IMG/VR virus record: IMGVR_UViG_3300027808_000058
Coordinates: 1-41,729 of that record
Strand: one strand, 5' to 3'
Length of the DNA: 41,729 nucleotides
From: a virus
Lineage: Duplodnaviria; Caudoviricetes
How positions within the stretch are numbered: the first letter of the stretch is position 1; every line of letters begins with the position of its first letter. A program made the translations under genes and the position numbers. Shown in pieces: positions 16,480 through 26,359 of this stretch. The notes below the pieces were generated by a model. It worked only from the letters and a program-made list of their open reading frames with translations, was not told the DNA's origin and did not search any database.

Positions 16480-18573
16480 TTAGATTGCTGATATATCTTT
16501 GATGGTAATTGTGCCAATCATGCCACCGTGACTTTGACAGAGGTAGCCATATGTACCGCTGGTACCAGCTGGAATTTTCCAATACAAAGTACCTGATTGT
16601 TGTGCTTGAGCTGAAGCACCTGTGGTCACTGTGCCACTAGTGGTAACATGCACTAGACCAGTGCTGTAGTTCGAGCCTGAAAAACGTATCAAGAATGGAT
16701 GGCCGCCAGCACCCGCTAAATTAAATGCTATGGTAGTTCCGCTGATAGCATATATAGTTGGATTATTACCACTGTATTGGTCAAACAAGTATGCACTGAT
16801 GCCACTGGCAGTGACATCCAATCTGGTTATTGCTGGCAAATAGATTTTGTCTACAGTTAAACCTGCGACATCTGATAGTCCGCTAAATGCTGTTGCACCA
16901 CCTCCCGAGTACTGCGGTATATTCAAAGTACCACTACTGAATGTGGCCGCACCACTTGACCCAGTAGTGGTCAATGTGATAGGTGCTTGATAGTCAGTTC
17001 CAGCTGTTGCGGCTGTAAGAGCATTTGCTCCATTGCCTTTCACAATACCACTGATAGTGCCAATAGGTGCTTGATAATCAGTTCCGGCAGTTGCGGCTGA
17101 TATGGCAGTGGCATTGCCTTTTAGTAGTCCGGTAATACTTGTTGTTATAGTGATTGCTGGAGTTGAACTGGCAGTGGCCACAGTGCCAGTAAATCCATTT
17201 GCAGAAGTAACACTTACACTAGTAACTGTACCAGCGCCTGCGCCTCCGGCTGTGGCATCTGCATCATTGATCCAAGCTGAACCGTTGTATTTCAATACTT
17301 GTCCAGTGCTGGGTGTAGTGATAGTTACATCAGTTAAACTATCTAAATTGGACGCAGTGGAAATTGAAACAGTGCCACCCAGGCTCACACTAGTACCATT
17401 TATTGTGATACTGCTGTTGGTCAATGCACCATTGCCAATATTGGTAATAGTGTTTGATGTGCCACTTATGGTTTTGTTGGTCAGCGTCTGGGTGCCAGTC
17501 AAAGTGCTGACCACTGCGGTGTCAATGGCCAATGATATAGCGGTACCGGCTGATCCAGCTGATCCGCCTGTGATACCCGATCCAGTTTGTACACTGGCCA
17601 CATAGTTACCTGAAGTTCCGGCACCTAAAGCAACTGTGCCAACTGTAGCTGAGAGGGCGTTGCCTGCGTCATTATAAACAAAAGTGATACCGGTTTGGGT
17701 ACCGTTTGCAAACAGCGAAGCAGTTCCGTCTTGAGCTTCATCTAAAGTGATGCCACCACCACTACCACCACTTGCGGCATTTATGGTATACACGCCATTT
17801 GTGCTTGATACAGTTACATTGGTGCCAGCTTGAATACCAGTGACTGCAACATCTGATAATAGAGCCAATGGTAACCAGTTAGCAGAATGTGCTACATATA
17901 ATCTTCCTGTAGCATGTACGTGCGCCACCATGCCGTGCCACGTGGCCGCAGGTGCTTCGGTGTTAAGATCTGCTAAGGTATCCCAATGAAATCTCACATA
18001 ATTTTTTTGTGCTGAAACTTCCAGTTGACCATTGATATGCAACATGCTCATACCATCATGTGAATGCCAGTACACTTCTGCTAGATCATCCACTGTGGTT
18101 CCATTGCCAGCATAGTAGGCAAGTTTGCCTGCCAAGCCAGTGTTTACTGTGCCGCTTCCACTTCCCCCAACCCCAGTACTGAAGCTAGGAGTCATGGGCT
18201 GAATCCATTGTGTGCTATTACCATCGTTGTAATAGATATAAAGTTTACCTGAGCTAGTGTTGAACCACAATGTGCCAATTTGTGCTGTTGGTGCTACAGG
18301 CGGTGTATCCCCTAAAACAGCACCAATACCAGCACCAATGAATTGACTAGCAGTTACAACACCTGTTCCAAAATTAATACTTTTGTTTAATGCCGTGGTT
18401 TTGATATTGGCCAAGTCACTTCTAAGAATCTGCATTCCGCCAAGATTATCACCGTCCATCAAACGTAAAGTACCATTAGTGGCATCGTAGACTATCTCGC
18501 CCTCTTCAAACGAATTTCGATTTAAAGTTATGGCGGCTTGTCTTTGTAATCTCAGTGCTCTTATTGGTAACAT
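16480..18573 (-). CDS. tail-fibre protein with C-terminal cupredoxin-like domain
   Basis: Fibre motifs GTLWFNTSSGKLYIYY, QTLTNKT, LDSLTDV..GQVLKYNGSAWIN; C-terminal GHPF...YLCQSHGGM. Confidence 0.8.
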   Translation of the reverse strand: MLPIRALRLQRQAAITLNRNSFEEGEIVYDATNGTLRLMDGDNLGGMQILRSDLANIKTTALNKSINFGTGVVTASQFIGAGIGAVLGDTPPVAPTAQIGTLWFNTSSGKLYIYYNDGNSTQWIQPMTPSFSTGVGGSGSGTVNTGLAGKLAYYAGNGTTVDDLAEVYWHSHDGMSMLHINGQLEVSAQKNYVRFHWDTLADLNTEAPAATWHGMVAHVHATGRLYVAHSANWLPLALLSDVAVTGIQAGTNVTVSSTNGVYTINAASGGSGGGITLDEAQDGTASLFANGTQTGITFVYNDAGNALSATVGTVALGAGTSGNYVASVQTGSGITGGSAGSAGTAISLAIDTAVVSTLTGTQTLTNKTISGTSNTITNIGNGALTNSSITINGTSVSLGGTVSISTASNLDSLTDVTITTPSTGQVLKYNGSAWINDADATAGGAGAGTVTSVSVTSANGFTGTVATASSTPAITITTSITGLLKGNATAISAATAGTDYQAPIGTISGIVKGNGANALTAATAGTDYQAPITLTTTGSSGAATFSSGTLNIPQYSGGGATAFSGLSDVAGLTVDKIYLPAITRLDVTASGISAYLFDQYSGNNPTIYAISGTTIAFNLAGAGGHPFLIRFSGSNYSTGLVHVTTSGTVTTGASAQAQQSGTLYWKIPAGTSGTYGYLCQSHGGMIGTITIKDISAI

Positions 18574-18591
18574 TCTTTGTCCTTTTAGTAT

Positions 18592-19599
18592 TTAAGCTAA
18601 ATTAGCAGGAGTACCATAGTAGGTGTTGCCTATAATGTAAGGAAACACTGGTTCCAACAATGAATTTAATGTGATAAAATACGCATAAGTTCCGTTAGGA
18701 TAATCGGGAGTAACGCAATAACGTCCGTTATGCTGATCCAAATCTCCGCTAGCTGTGTAACTATAATCTTCAATAAAAATACCCAGGGGATATAATGTTG
18801 TATTGCTAGCTGTGGTTCCTTCACGGCTGACCGCAGAATTTAAAGTATAACCAGACCCCATTCGTTTTACACCACTGGTATTGTTTGTTGCCACACCATA
18901 ACCATATGGTCCGTACACAGGGTATCCGTCTGCGCTAATACCTAATATTTTACTATGTCCGTCAGCATGAATTAGGCCGCTTGAAAGATATTTGATAACA
19001 CTGGTTTCAGCTAGACCAGTAGCGCCCTGTACTCCCGAACTGTGTCCTATACCAGTTAGCCACGCACTAAAGAACGATCCATCGTGATAGTGATACTGAT
19101 TCGGCGGCGCCGCGTGACCTCCTGCTAAATCTTCACCAAAGGTGTATCCTAAATTTTTACCTGCTGAACTGGCTGCATTGTATTGCCACGTTGGCGCTAA
19201 CAAGTTAGGGCCGCTTGGTCCGCCTCCTTGTGCGCTGGGATTAAACATTGCAACACCGTTGAGCCATACACCAATTAGGCCAGCGCCTGTTGCTGTGGTG
19301 GACCCTTCTGTATTTGTTCCGCCACGATATGGCCACGATAAATTAAAATTTTGCGCGGCTCCTGTATTTACGGCTATCGAATTTCCATAACTATGATAAG
19401 GTAGGCCTGTGGCAATTAATGCCACATTACCACTATTAAACGACCATGTGCTTACATTCTGAACCCTGGTGCCACCGCCCAATTGTGTAGCAGTTGCTAC
19501 ACCGGATATATTTGGCCCGGTAAACAGATAAGAAATGATCGATCTTTTTGTAGCGGTGTTTGCTAAACTTCTACCAGATATAGATGCAATACGTGGCAT
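18592..19599 (-). CDS. YHYH-domain protein
   Basis: QYHYH, DGYPVYGPYG, DLDQHNGR, YPNGTYAYF. Confidence 0.88.
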   Translation of the reverse strand: MPRIASISGRSLANTATKRSIISYLFTGPNISGVATATQLGGGTRVQNVSTWSFNSGNVALIATGLPYHSYGNSIAVNTGAAQNFNLSWPYRGGTNTEGSTTATGAGLIGVWLNGVAMFNPSAQGGGPSGPNLLAPTWQYNAASSAGKNLGYTFGEDLAGGHAAPPNQYHYHDGSFFSAWLTGIGHSSGVQGATGLAETSVIKYLSSGLIHADGHSKILGISADGYPVYGPYGYGVATNNTSGVKRMGSGYTLNSAVSREGTTASNTTLYPLGIFIEDYSYTASGDLDQHNGRYCVTPDYPNGTYAYFITLNSLLEPVFPYIIGNTYYGTPANLA

Positions 19600-19602
19600 A
19601 AG

Positions 19603-20370
19603 TTATCCGTATGTACTCAAACTACCAGTAACAATCCATGTACTGTTAAAACGTAAAATTGTAAATGATACGAAATCGGTTTTTGTTGAATTACCGCTAG
19701 GAGCACTGCCACCTAACCAACTGATTACTTGAGCAGATCCATTGATTTGTATTGCGCTTGGTAAAAATGCTGTTGCGCCCTGTGTAATAATGATAGTCAC
19801 GACCGTTGCTCGATTGTTTGTTGTTGGTATATTTGTAAAGTTTGCAGTAAATCCTGCTACCACACCAGCATGATACCATATTGCGCCGGTTGAAAAATCA
19901 TGAGTAACAATGCCTGTGGCTCCTAATTTAGTATTAAGAACTTCGGTACTTTGTTGTAATATCGTTGTTGCAGACACAGTAAACACGTTGTTGGTACTGT
20001 CCCATGATAGTCCTGCCGCATCATCAACTGCATTGGTATTACCTGGATAAAATGCTAAAGAATTTGCAACCCCAGTGTTGACTGATCCGCTTCCGCCACC
20101 GCCACCTCCAGTAGCACTGATCACGCCTGCATTGATAGTTATAGATGATCCATCCACTTTGACACCACCCAAAATTCCAGTACTTGCAGTTGGCAATGCG
20201 TATGTGCTCACACCGCCGGAATAGGACAAACTGTTCCATGCAGTGCTTCCATTTCCGTATTTTATTTTTAAAGTATCTGTTTCTAATCCGGGTTCGCCCG
20301 AAGCCAGCGTGGGATTAACGCTAGTCCAATTAGCCGCGGTATCTCTGCGTAACTTAATCAATGAAGCCAT
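19603..20370 (-). CDS. tail-fibre protein with Mtd_N (major tropism determinant N-terminal)-like domain
   Basis: IKLRRDTAANWTSVNPTLASGEPGLETDTLKIKYGNGSTAWNSLSY; TAAATA upstream. Confidence 0.85.
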   Translation of the reverse strand: MASLIKLRRDTAANWTSVNPTLASGEPGLETDTLKIKYGNGSTAWNSLSYSGGVSTYALPTASTGILGGVKVDGSSITINAGVISATGGGGGGSGSVNTGVANSLAFYPGNTNAVDDAAGLSWDSTNNVFTVSATTILQQSTEVLNTKLGATGIVTHDFSTGAIWYHAGVVAGFTANFTNIPTTNNRATVVTIIITQGATAFLPSAIQINGSAQVISWLGGSAPSGNSTKTDFVSFTILRFNSTWIVTGSLSTYG

Positions 20371-20425
20371 ATGAATTCCTATTGTCTAGTACTATATTTA
20401 TCTATAGTTAATTTAAGGTACAGCC

Positions 20426-20455
20426 AAAAAAAAAGCCACTAAACAGTGGCTTTTT
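20426..20455 (-). terminator. intrinsic terminator (potentially bidirectional)
   Basis: A9-GCCACT-AAAC-AGTGGC-T5. Confidence 0.85.
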
Positions 20456-20470
20456 ATTATATAATTGTAA

Positions 20471-20983
20471 TTATGAGCCGTGCCAAGCAGTTCCAGCTTC
20501 TTTGAGACCTTCTAGATGTCCGTGTGAATAATGACTGTGATGCGGAGTTCCAACACTATGACTTGTCATATGTTCGTGATTCAATAGGCCATCGCCAAAA
20601 CCGTGATGCAATGCGGCTTTGCATTCTAATCCATGGCATCTGTCAGCAACATGACTGTCTCCCAGGCCTTCTGCAAGATCTGTACTAGCGGCGTCTGCAC
20701 CTTGCTGTTTTCCTGATGCAACACGATCCAAATTCTTTTGACGTCCGCTAGAAATATATGCGGCCATGGTTTCTGGAGTAAACTCACCGGTTACTGGCAA
20801 ATGTAACGATTCCTGGAATTCTTCAATTGCAGTTTTAAGGGCTTTGAAAGCATCCGGATCTATAGTTAATCTGCTCAAGGATTCGTCATCCACTGGCCCA
20901 GCAGTTGGAGCCTCTGGCTTTTTGGTTTCTCCATCTTCATTCAAGATGTCTAAATACTTGCGGAATATATCTCTTTGTGACAT
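20471..20983 (-). CDS. small PG-binding-like protein with His-rich tail, putative internal head protein
   Basis: TAIEEFQESLHLPVTGEFTPET resembles PG_binding_1; N-terminal FRKYLDILNE; TAAATA upstream. Confidence 0.65.
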   Translation of the reverse strand: MSQRDIFRKYLDILNEDGETKKPEAPTAGPVDDESLSRLTIDPDAFKALKTAIEEFQESLHLPVTGEFTPETMAAYISSGRQKNLDRVASGKQQGADAASTDLAEGLGDSHVADRCHGLECKAALHHGFGDGLLNHEHMTSHSVGTPHHSHYSHGHLEGLKEAGTAWHGS

Positions 20984-21044
20984 AGTTAATTTCTCTCTTT
21001 ATGTATTTATTCAAAAATACGACACTGGTTTACAGTGTATTTAG

Positions 21045-22499
21045 TTAATAGTCATCCGAATCACCGGGTATTTTATTTAAAAGTTCCCGTAATTTTGAAC
21101 TTTCAACTTGTGCAGTTACTTTGGCAACTGGCTTGCCCTGCCCAGGATCAGAGGATATTTCTGCACTTGTAACAGTGGTTTTTTGCTTTAAACTGTCAAT
21201 AAAACTACTGCCAGTGCTACGCATAGCTACCTGAGTATCATCTTCTAAACAGTCTGTAATACGCAAAGTATCCACGTTAAAGTCCAAATCAATTTTCATA
21301 CCAACGCCCGAACTACTACGTGTTTTCATTAGTTGGATTTGATAACGTCCACGCTCACGCATGGCCCTGCTGGTAAAGATACCAAACACGTTGTCCGCAG
21401 TTTGGATTTTACTTAGTCCACCCGAGATATGACTGTGGTCAAACTCAACTTCTTCAACAGCACCACGATTCAACTGTGCGGCTGTTACAAACACACAGTT
21501 CTTTTCCACTGCAAGATTTCGCAGTTCTTCCGACACATATTTGTCTTTCACAAACAAGTTTTCAGCACTAATTTTCTTACTTAGTGGCATCAACAAGTCC
21601 ATGTAGTCAACTAATAGTACGTCAACTTTACGGCCCATTTTAATCTCGTACTCTTTCAAATAAGCACGAATGTCATTGGCCGTCTTACCACTAGGCATGT
21701 ACTTGACTTGTAACTGTCCGGATTTCTTACCAATCATTTTGACTTTCATTTCAACATCATCAATGTTCTTGAAAATCTCTCTTGTGGGTATACCAGTCAC
21801 CATAGCATCCACACGCATACTGACCAGTTCTTCACTTAACTCAAGTGTTAAGTAGATTACGTTAAGTCCAGCAAGAGCATAATTGACACCAAGATTAGCC
21901 AAAAATAAGGATTTACCAGCACCGCTACCGCCCGCCCAAATGTTGAGCTCGCCGCGGTTAAAGCCTCCAAACAACTTGTCATCAACGTTTTTCCAACCTG
22001 TAGAAATTTGTCCATTTTTATCCTTGATAGCCATTAGTCTAGCACGGGGATCTTTAAAATAATCTGTGCCCATGTCTCGTTGTAAACCAACTTGTACTGC
22101 TTGTTTAATCTTTTCTTCTACTGGACCGTACTCACCTTTTTCCAGCAAATCCGCACTTTCTAAGATAGCTCGCTCGAGACCTTTGTGTCTAATAAATGTT
22201 TCAAAGTCATTCATTAGCCATTCAAAGTGTTCTTCACGTAAATCAGTTGCGGCCTTTAGTGTACTACCAGTTGCCGCATTAATAATATCCGGTGTGGGCA
22301 ATACATTGTTATCGCTCACATAAGCAGTTAAGAACTCTGCGGCTTCTTGCAAACGTCTGTCAAATAACTTGCTGTCAAAAATACTCTGACATCTTACAAA
22401 CGTACCAGCATCTGCCAACATCATTTCCAAATACACACGCTGAATATCATAACCGTAATCAACGTTTTGTCTTGCTTTATTTTCTTGTTTTTCACTCAT
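21045..22499 (-). CDS. 41: replicative DNA helicase, T4 gp41/DnaB-like
   Basis: GGSGAGKS, LTLELSE, VDYMDL, TAAQLNR, ADNVF, MKTR. Confidence 0.93.
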   Translation of the reverse strand: MSEKQENKARQNVDYGYDIQRVYLEMMLADAGTFVRCQSIFDSKLFDRRLQEAAEFLTAYVSDNNVLPTPDIINAATGSTLKAATDLREEHFEWLMNDFETFIRHKGLERAILESADLLEKGEYGPVEEKIKQAVQVGLQRDMGTDYFKDPRARLMAIKDKNGQISTGWKNVDDKLFGGFNRGELNIWAGGSGAGKSLFLANLGVNYALAGLNVIYLTLELSEELVSMRVDAMVTGIPTREIFKNIDDVEMKVKMIGKKSGQLQVKYMPSGKTANDIRAYLKEYEIKMGRKVDVLLVDYMDLLMPLSKKISAENLFVKDKYVSEELRNLAVEKNCVFVTAAQLNRGAVEEVEFDHSHISGGLSKIQTADNVFGIFTSRAMRERGRYQIQLMKTRSSSGVGMKIDLDFNVDTLRITDCLEDDTQVAMRSTGSSFIDSLKQKTTVTSAEISSDPGQGKPVAKVTAQVESSKLRELLNKIPGDSDDY

Positions 22500-22514
22500 A
22501 CTTTATTATACACT

Positions 22515-23999
22515 CTAGTTAAACACCTTAACACCGTATTGGCGCTCAAAGTTTTTTGCATCTGCATGATTATTCACCATGGGCTTGCCTTTGATATTTA
22601 GACTGGTGTTCAGTAACATAGGGCATCCAGTTTCTGCATACCAAAGTTCTAACAGCTTTCTAAACGGGCTTCCATCGTTTGGTACAGTTTGTACACGGCT
22701 AGTCCCATCCCGATGCACAATGGCAGGATAGTGGTCGGAATGTCTACACCGAGCAACCACTTGCATATACCTACTGCTACTCCAACCAGTAGGCATATCA
22801 AAGTACTGATCCACATGCTCTTCAAGTATTGCTGGGCCAAAAGGTCTAAATTCTTGTCGCTGTTTGATTGCATTTACCCTGTCCTTAATGTCATTACCAC
22901 GAGGATCGGCAAGTAGACTTCTATTGCCAAGAGCCCTAGGGCCAAACTCTGCCTTGCCCCGCGCTAGTCCGCAAATTTGATGTTGTGTAATATATTCTAC
23001 AATTTCTGTGTTAGTGGATCGATAACCCATGTCATAACCTAAAAAGGGTGTAAAGTCTTTGGGACTAATACGCCACTCTGGGTTATGCGCCAGAACTGCT
23101 CCGATGGCACTGCCGGCATCGCCTGGATTAGGCATAATCCATGTATTAGCAAAGTACTTGCCAGTAAGCGGGTTAGCACTACAATTCAAAGCACACCCAC
23201 CCATCAATACTAGATTCTTACTGCCAGTAAGTTTTAATCCCTGCTGTAATATTCTATCAAACGTCATTTCATATACTTGTTGGGTAGCGGCCGCAATATC
23301 AAAATAATCTTTAATAATTAAATCAGGTCTCCATCGCGGGCAACCTTTATGTAAGTTTTGTTTTAATCTAAATGCATGACCATAATCGTCATTGGGTAAT
23401 TCTACCAAGTCTGACAATATATCGTGTGTAAGTCTATTGGGATTACCGTATGCCGCCATACCCATAAGGATATATTCTTCCTCGTTGGGTTTTAAGTGAC
23501 AGCGTTGCGTCATAGCAGAATAAAAAAGACCTATACTGTGTGGATAACTTTGGCTAGCAAGTTTCTTAAGTTTGTTGCCAGTGCCTTGCCAAATAGTCAT
23601 TGTTTCAAATTCGCCAATAGCATCTATAACTAATACACATGCATCATCAAATCCACTGGTGTAATACCCTGCGGCCGCATGACTATGATGATGATTTGTA
23701 TAAACTATAGGGGCACTAATTTCGTACCTTGCCATATAAATTTCTATGTCGTTATCACGACGCTTCCAGCCCTGACCCGCTATTAGTTGTCTTAGGGTTT
23801 TCTTAAAAGGCTTTTCATACCAGTAAACACGTTCAGGATATCCAAATCGCTTGGCGTCAGCTACCAGCTCTTTACATAAGTCTCTATCATTTTTACAACC
23901 GCTATAACGTTCGCTATGACTGGCAAATACTAATTTTTCGTCACTGAATACTGCAAGTGCCGCATCGTGACTATTAGCACTTATTCCCCAGCTAATCAT
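22515..23999 (-). CDS. carbamoyltransferase, NodU/CmcH/TobZ family
   Basis: HDAA, HHHSHAAA, DAIGE, GGCALN, EFGPRALGNRS, FRPF, NTSLN. Confidence 0.93.
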   Translation of the reverse strand: MISWGISANSHDAALAVFSDEKLVFASHSERYSGCKNDRDLCKELVADAKRFGYPERVYWYEKPFKKTLRQLIAGQGWKRRDNDIEIYMARYEISAPIVYTNHHHSHAAAGYYTSGFDDACVLVIDAIGEFETMTIWQGTGNKLKKLASQSYPHSIGLFYSAMTQRCHLKPNEEEYILMGMAAYGNPNRLTHDILSDLVELPNDDYGHAFRLKQNLHKGCPRWRPDLIIKDYFDIAAATQQVYEMTFDRILQQGLKLTGSKNLVLMGGCALNCSANPLTGKYFANTWIMPNPGDAGSAIGAVLAHNPEWRISPKDFTPFLGYDMGYRSTNTEIVEYITQHQICGLARGKAEFGPRALGNRSLLADPRGNDIKDRVNAIKQRQEFRPFGPAILEEHVDQYFDMPTGWSSSRYMQVVARCRHSDHYPAIVHRDGTSRVQTVPNDGSPFRKLLELWYAETGCPMLLNTSLNIKGKPMVNNHADAKNFERQYGVKVFN

Positions 24000-24109
24000 T
24001 TATAGATAAAAGGATCACGTTTCCGTAATTCTTCCAATCGTTTTTTAAATGCTCTATGCGCTTGCCATTTGTGTAGCGGCCATAAAAGAATTTCAATTAG
24101 TTTTTTCAT
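23996..24109 (-). CDS. 37-aa basic peptide coupled to the carbamoyltransferase (not in ORF track)
   Basis: MKKLIEILLWPLHKWQAHRAFKKRLEELRKRDPFIYK; AAGGA upstream; ATGA overlap with the next start. Confidence 0.75.
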   Translation of the reverse strand: MKKLIEILLWPLHKWQAHRAFKKRLEELRKRDPFIYK

Positions 24110-25097
24110 AAGTTTCCTTAAACCATTTTTTAGCTTTCAACTGTATTTTGAGAGGGTTGGCTTCTTTTGCTTGTGTTATTTTATATAGTGTAGCCAATCT
24201 TCCTAACTTTATGATTGCATCGTTTACATCTTTAACATCATCTGGCCAATCTGGCATGCTGACACTCCAGCCGTAATCTAATGCTTGTTCCAATGTTAGT
24301 AACCCAGATTTGTCTCTATCCGGAACTAGCACAACTTCTTTATTCAATTGCTTGAGTAACCAATTTTGGCTATCTTTAATTTCAGCACCAAGCAAGGCAC
24401 ACCCGTTAATACTTATCGCATCAAACGGCCCTTCGCAAACAATTACGAATTGCCTGTTGTTATTTTGTGCATCTAAATTAAACACATAACCTGGTTGTTG
24501 TTCGCTCAGATACTTGGGTTTAGCATCTCCCACAGTACGGGCAGTCCACCCTACTATTTCATTTTTATAAACAAACGGAATAATAATTCTATTACTAAAT
24601 CCAGTCTTAGGAGTCCAATAAAACGGATAACTTGTTGGATCTATATTTCGATCCGCTAGATAGTCTATACATTTTTTAAAGTTTTCGGGCAACGAAAAAT
24701 CTGATTGTGCAATTTGTTCTGCCCATTCAATCATACTAAGAGAATCTATAGGCAGTGCTCTTGTATCAAATGTTGGAACTATGCTACGTACTTCAGCATT
24801 GGAGTCTTCATTTAACTTCAATGCTTCTAATCTCAATTGTCCGATGGTGTCATCGCCCATGCCCAAATCTCGCATGAACTTGTTCATCTTTTGGCTTACG
24901 AGTCTACCGGGTTGCCAGCTGGCTTTGAATCCGCAATTGAAACAGTGATAACTTACAGCATCGCCTGCATTGAATATGAGCCCACCCCGTTGACGTTTAT
25001 CATCACAACATACTGCATTGAAACTTATCCAACCACTAGGAGTTTGCTTCCGTTTTGCAGGAAGATAGCTGTTGATTGTGTCCGTGATTATACTCAT
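24093..25097 (-). CDS. 61: DNA primase, T4 gp61-like
   Basis: N-terminal Zn-binding CC..HCFNC; GWTAR; PKYL; TOPRIM CEGPFDA, DRD, KDVND. Confidence 0.88.
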   Translation of the reverse strand: MSIITDTINSYLPAKRKQTPSGWISFNAVCCDDKRQRGGLIFNAGDAVSYHCFNCGFKASWQPGRLVSQKMNKFMRDLGMGDDTIGQLRLEALKLNEDSNAEVRSIVPTFDTRALPIDSLSMIEWAEQIAQSDFSLPENFKKCIDYLADRNIDPTSYPFYWTPKTGFSNRIIIPFVYKNEIVGWTARTVGDAKPKYLSEQQPGYVFNLDAQNNNRQFVIVCEGPFDAISINGCALLGAEIKDSQNWLLKQLNKEVVLVPDRDKSGLLTLEQALDYGWSVSMPDWPDDVKDVNDAIIKLGRLATLYKITQAKEANPLKIQLKAKKWFKETYEKTN

Positions 25098-25104
25098 ATA
25101 AGTG

Positions 25105-25133
25105 AGTATAACAGACTAATTACAGCAGGTCAA
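25105..25133 (-). promoter_or_regulatory. sigma70 promoter giving a leaderless primase mRNA
   Basis: TTGACC, 17 bp, TATACT, then 7 nt to ATG; no SD. Confidence 0.8.
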
Positions 25134-25136
25134 CCT

Positions 25137-25958
25137 TTATGATACAGTTACTTTGGTAATTGTGCCAGTTGTTGCCTGTGCATCTGTTCGATTGAAAGTT
25201 ATACGCATGTAGGTATAATCTTCCATGTTTTGATATTGTTTGAGCATGTAAGCAGTTGTAGAATTGACAGTAAATGTATCCAACACAGTGCCACGAAGTG
25301 TAAAAGTTTCTGAACTGATACTGGCATCCTTGGTAACTTCAACTTTTACAGTTCCAATCAATTGACTGAATCTAAATTCCACATCTGATACTGTACTAGG
25401 AACTGCTTCGTAAAATCTCAAAGGTATTGCACTGCTATGGAAATATTCAATCATATCAGTACCGAACTGCAAATTTTTATAAAAACTAGTTACTACTTGT
25501 TCGTCTTTGATAGTGGGCATTGCATCACCAACAAGTTCCATTTTGCCAACTGCACCAAATCTAGTATCGCCATACAGCATAACTTCTTTGCCAGCTTGGC
25601 TGGCCGATACGCTGAATGATAAAAACTGATGATCCAATTGATCTAGATCATCTTGTGGAAGAGTAACTGATGCTAGACCTTTGTATGTGGTCTGAGGCAA
25701 CATGGGAGTCACAGTGTATGGACTATTTGGCAATGCTTGCCCGCTGACATCCATAATGTTTAATTCAATATTAGTTAATGTAGACAAGTTGATACGCTTC
25801 TGGTCAGCGTTCTTAATGTCAAACTCTAGGGTATTATCTATACCAGCATAAATTTTTATGTTTCTTTGATACACGGTTGTATACTCCACAGTGAAACCTG
25901 CCAAATCAGCCAATAGTTCGATTCTATTTGGATATAAATACGTTGAGATTTTTTGCAT
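25137..25958 (-). CDS. hypothetical beta-rich protein, possibly virion/baseplate
   Basis: 273 aa; TAAATA upstream at 25979-25984. Confidence 0.65.
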   Translation of the reverse strand: MQKISTYLYPNRIELLADLAGFTVEYTTVYQRNIKIYAGIDNTLEFDIKNADQKRINLSTLTNIELNIMDVSGQALPNSPYTVTPMLPQTTYKGLASVTLPQDDLDQLDHQFLSFSVSASQAGKEVMLYGDTRFGAVGKMELVGDAMPTIKDEQVVTSFYKNLQFGTDMIEYFHSSAIPLRFYEAVPSTVSDVEFRFSQLIGTVKVEVTKDASISSETFTLRGTVLDTFTVNSTTAYMLKQYQNMEDYTYMRITFNRTDAQATTGTITKVTVS

Positions 25959-25984
25959 TAGCGCAGGACCTTTATACTATATTT

Positions 25985-26359
25985 ATGGCAAAACTAAGAG
26001 ATAACATAGAACAAAAACTACCCTTTATCAGTGTGTTAAACTACGGTGAATTGGAATACATTGGTATTATCATAAATCAAGATCAATATGTAACCAGCTT
26101 TTACGACCTTAATGCCATTAAAACATTAGAAGAACGTGCTGTATTTTTAGATATAGGAGAAACTTGGTGGTGGGAATCAAACCGCCAATTTCCTATCAAT
26201 ATATTTTGCAGAGAACAAATACAACCGTTTCACTATGCCATTAAAACATTCAACAGCAAAGATGCCCGTGTTGTGTTAGGGCCTGTTGTTAATCTAATGA
26301 ACTTGACTATGAAACGTGTTAAACGTAAAAGTGTACAGTTGGTCCGCAAGGTACGTTAA
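25985..26359 (+). CDS. conserved hypothetical phage protein
   Basis: Likely start MAKLRD at 25985, 6 nt after TATACT; GETWWWESNRQFPI motif. Confidence 0.75.
   Translation: MAKLRDNIEQKLPFISVLNYGELEYIGIIINQDQYVTSFYDLNAIKTLEERAVFLDIGETWWWESNRQFPINIFCREQIQPFHYAIKTFNSKDARVVLGPVVNLMNLTMKRVKRKSVQLVRKVR

Noticed and set aside
9042-17605. Numerous + strand ORFs opposite the fibre genes
   Set aside because: Antisense shadows of Thr/Gly/Ala-rich genes.
19603-20370. Diversity-generating retroelement suggested by the Mtd_N domain
   Set aside because: No reverse transcriptase or TR/VR pair seen; Mtd_N is a common fibre module.
25933-25940. Perfect TATAAATA on the + strand
   Set aside because: Lies in the opposite gene's YLY codons, 44 nt from the next start; may be chance.
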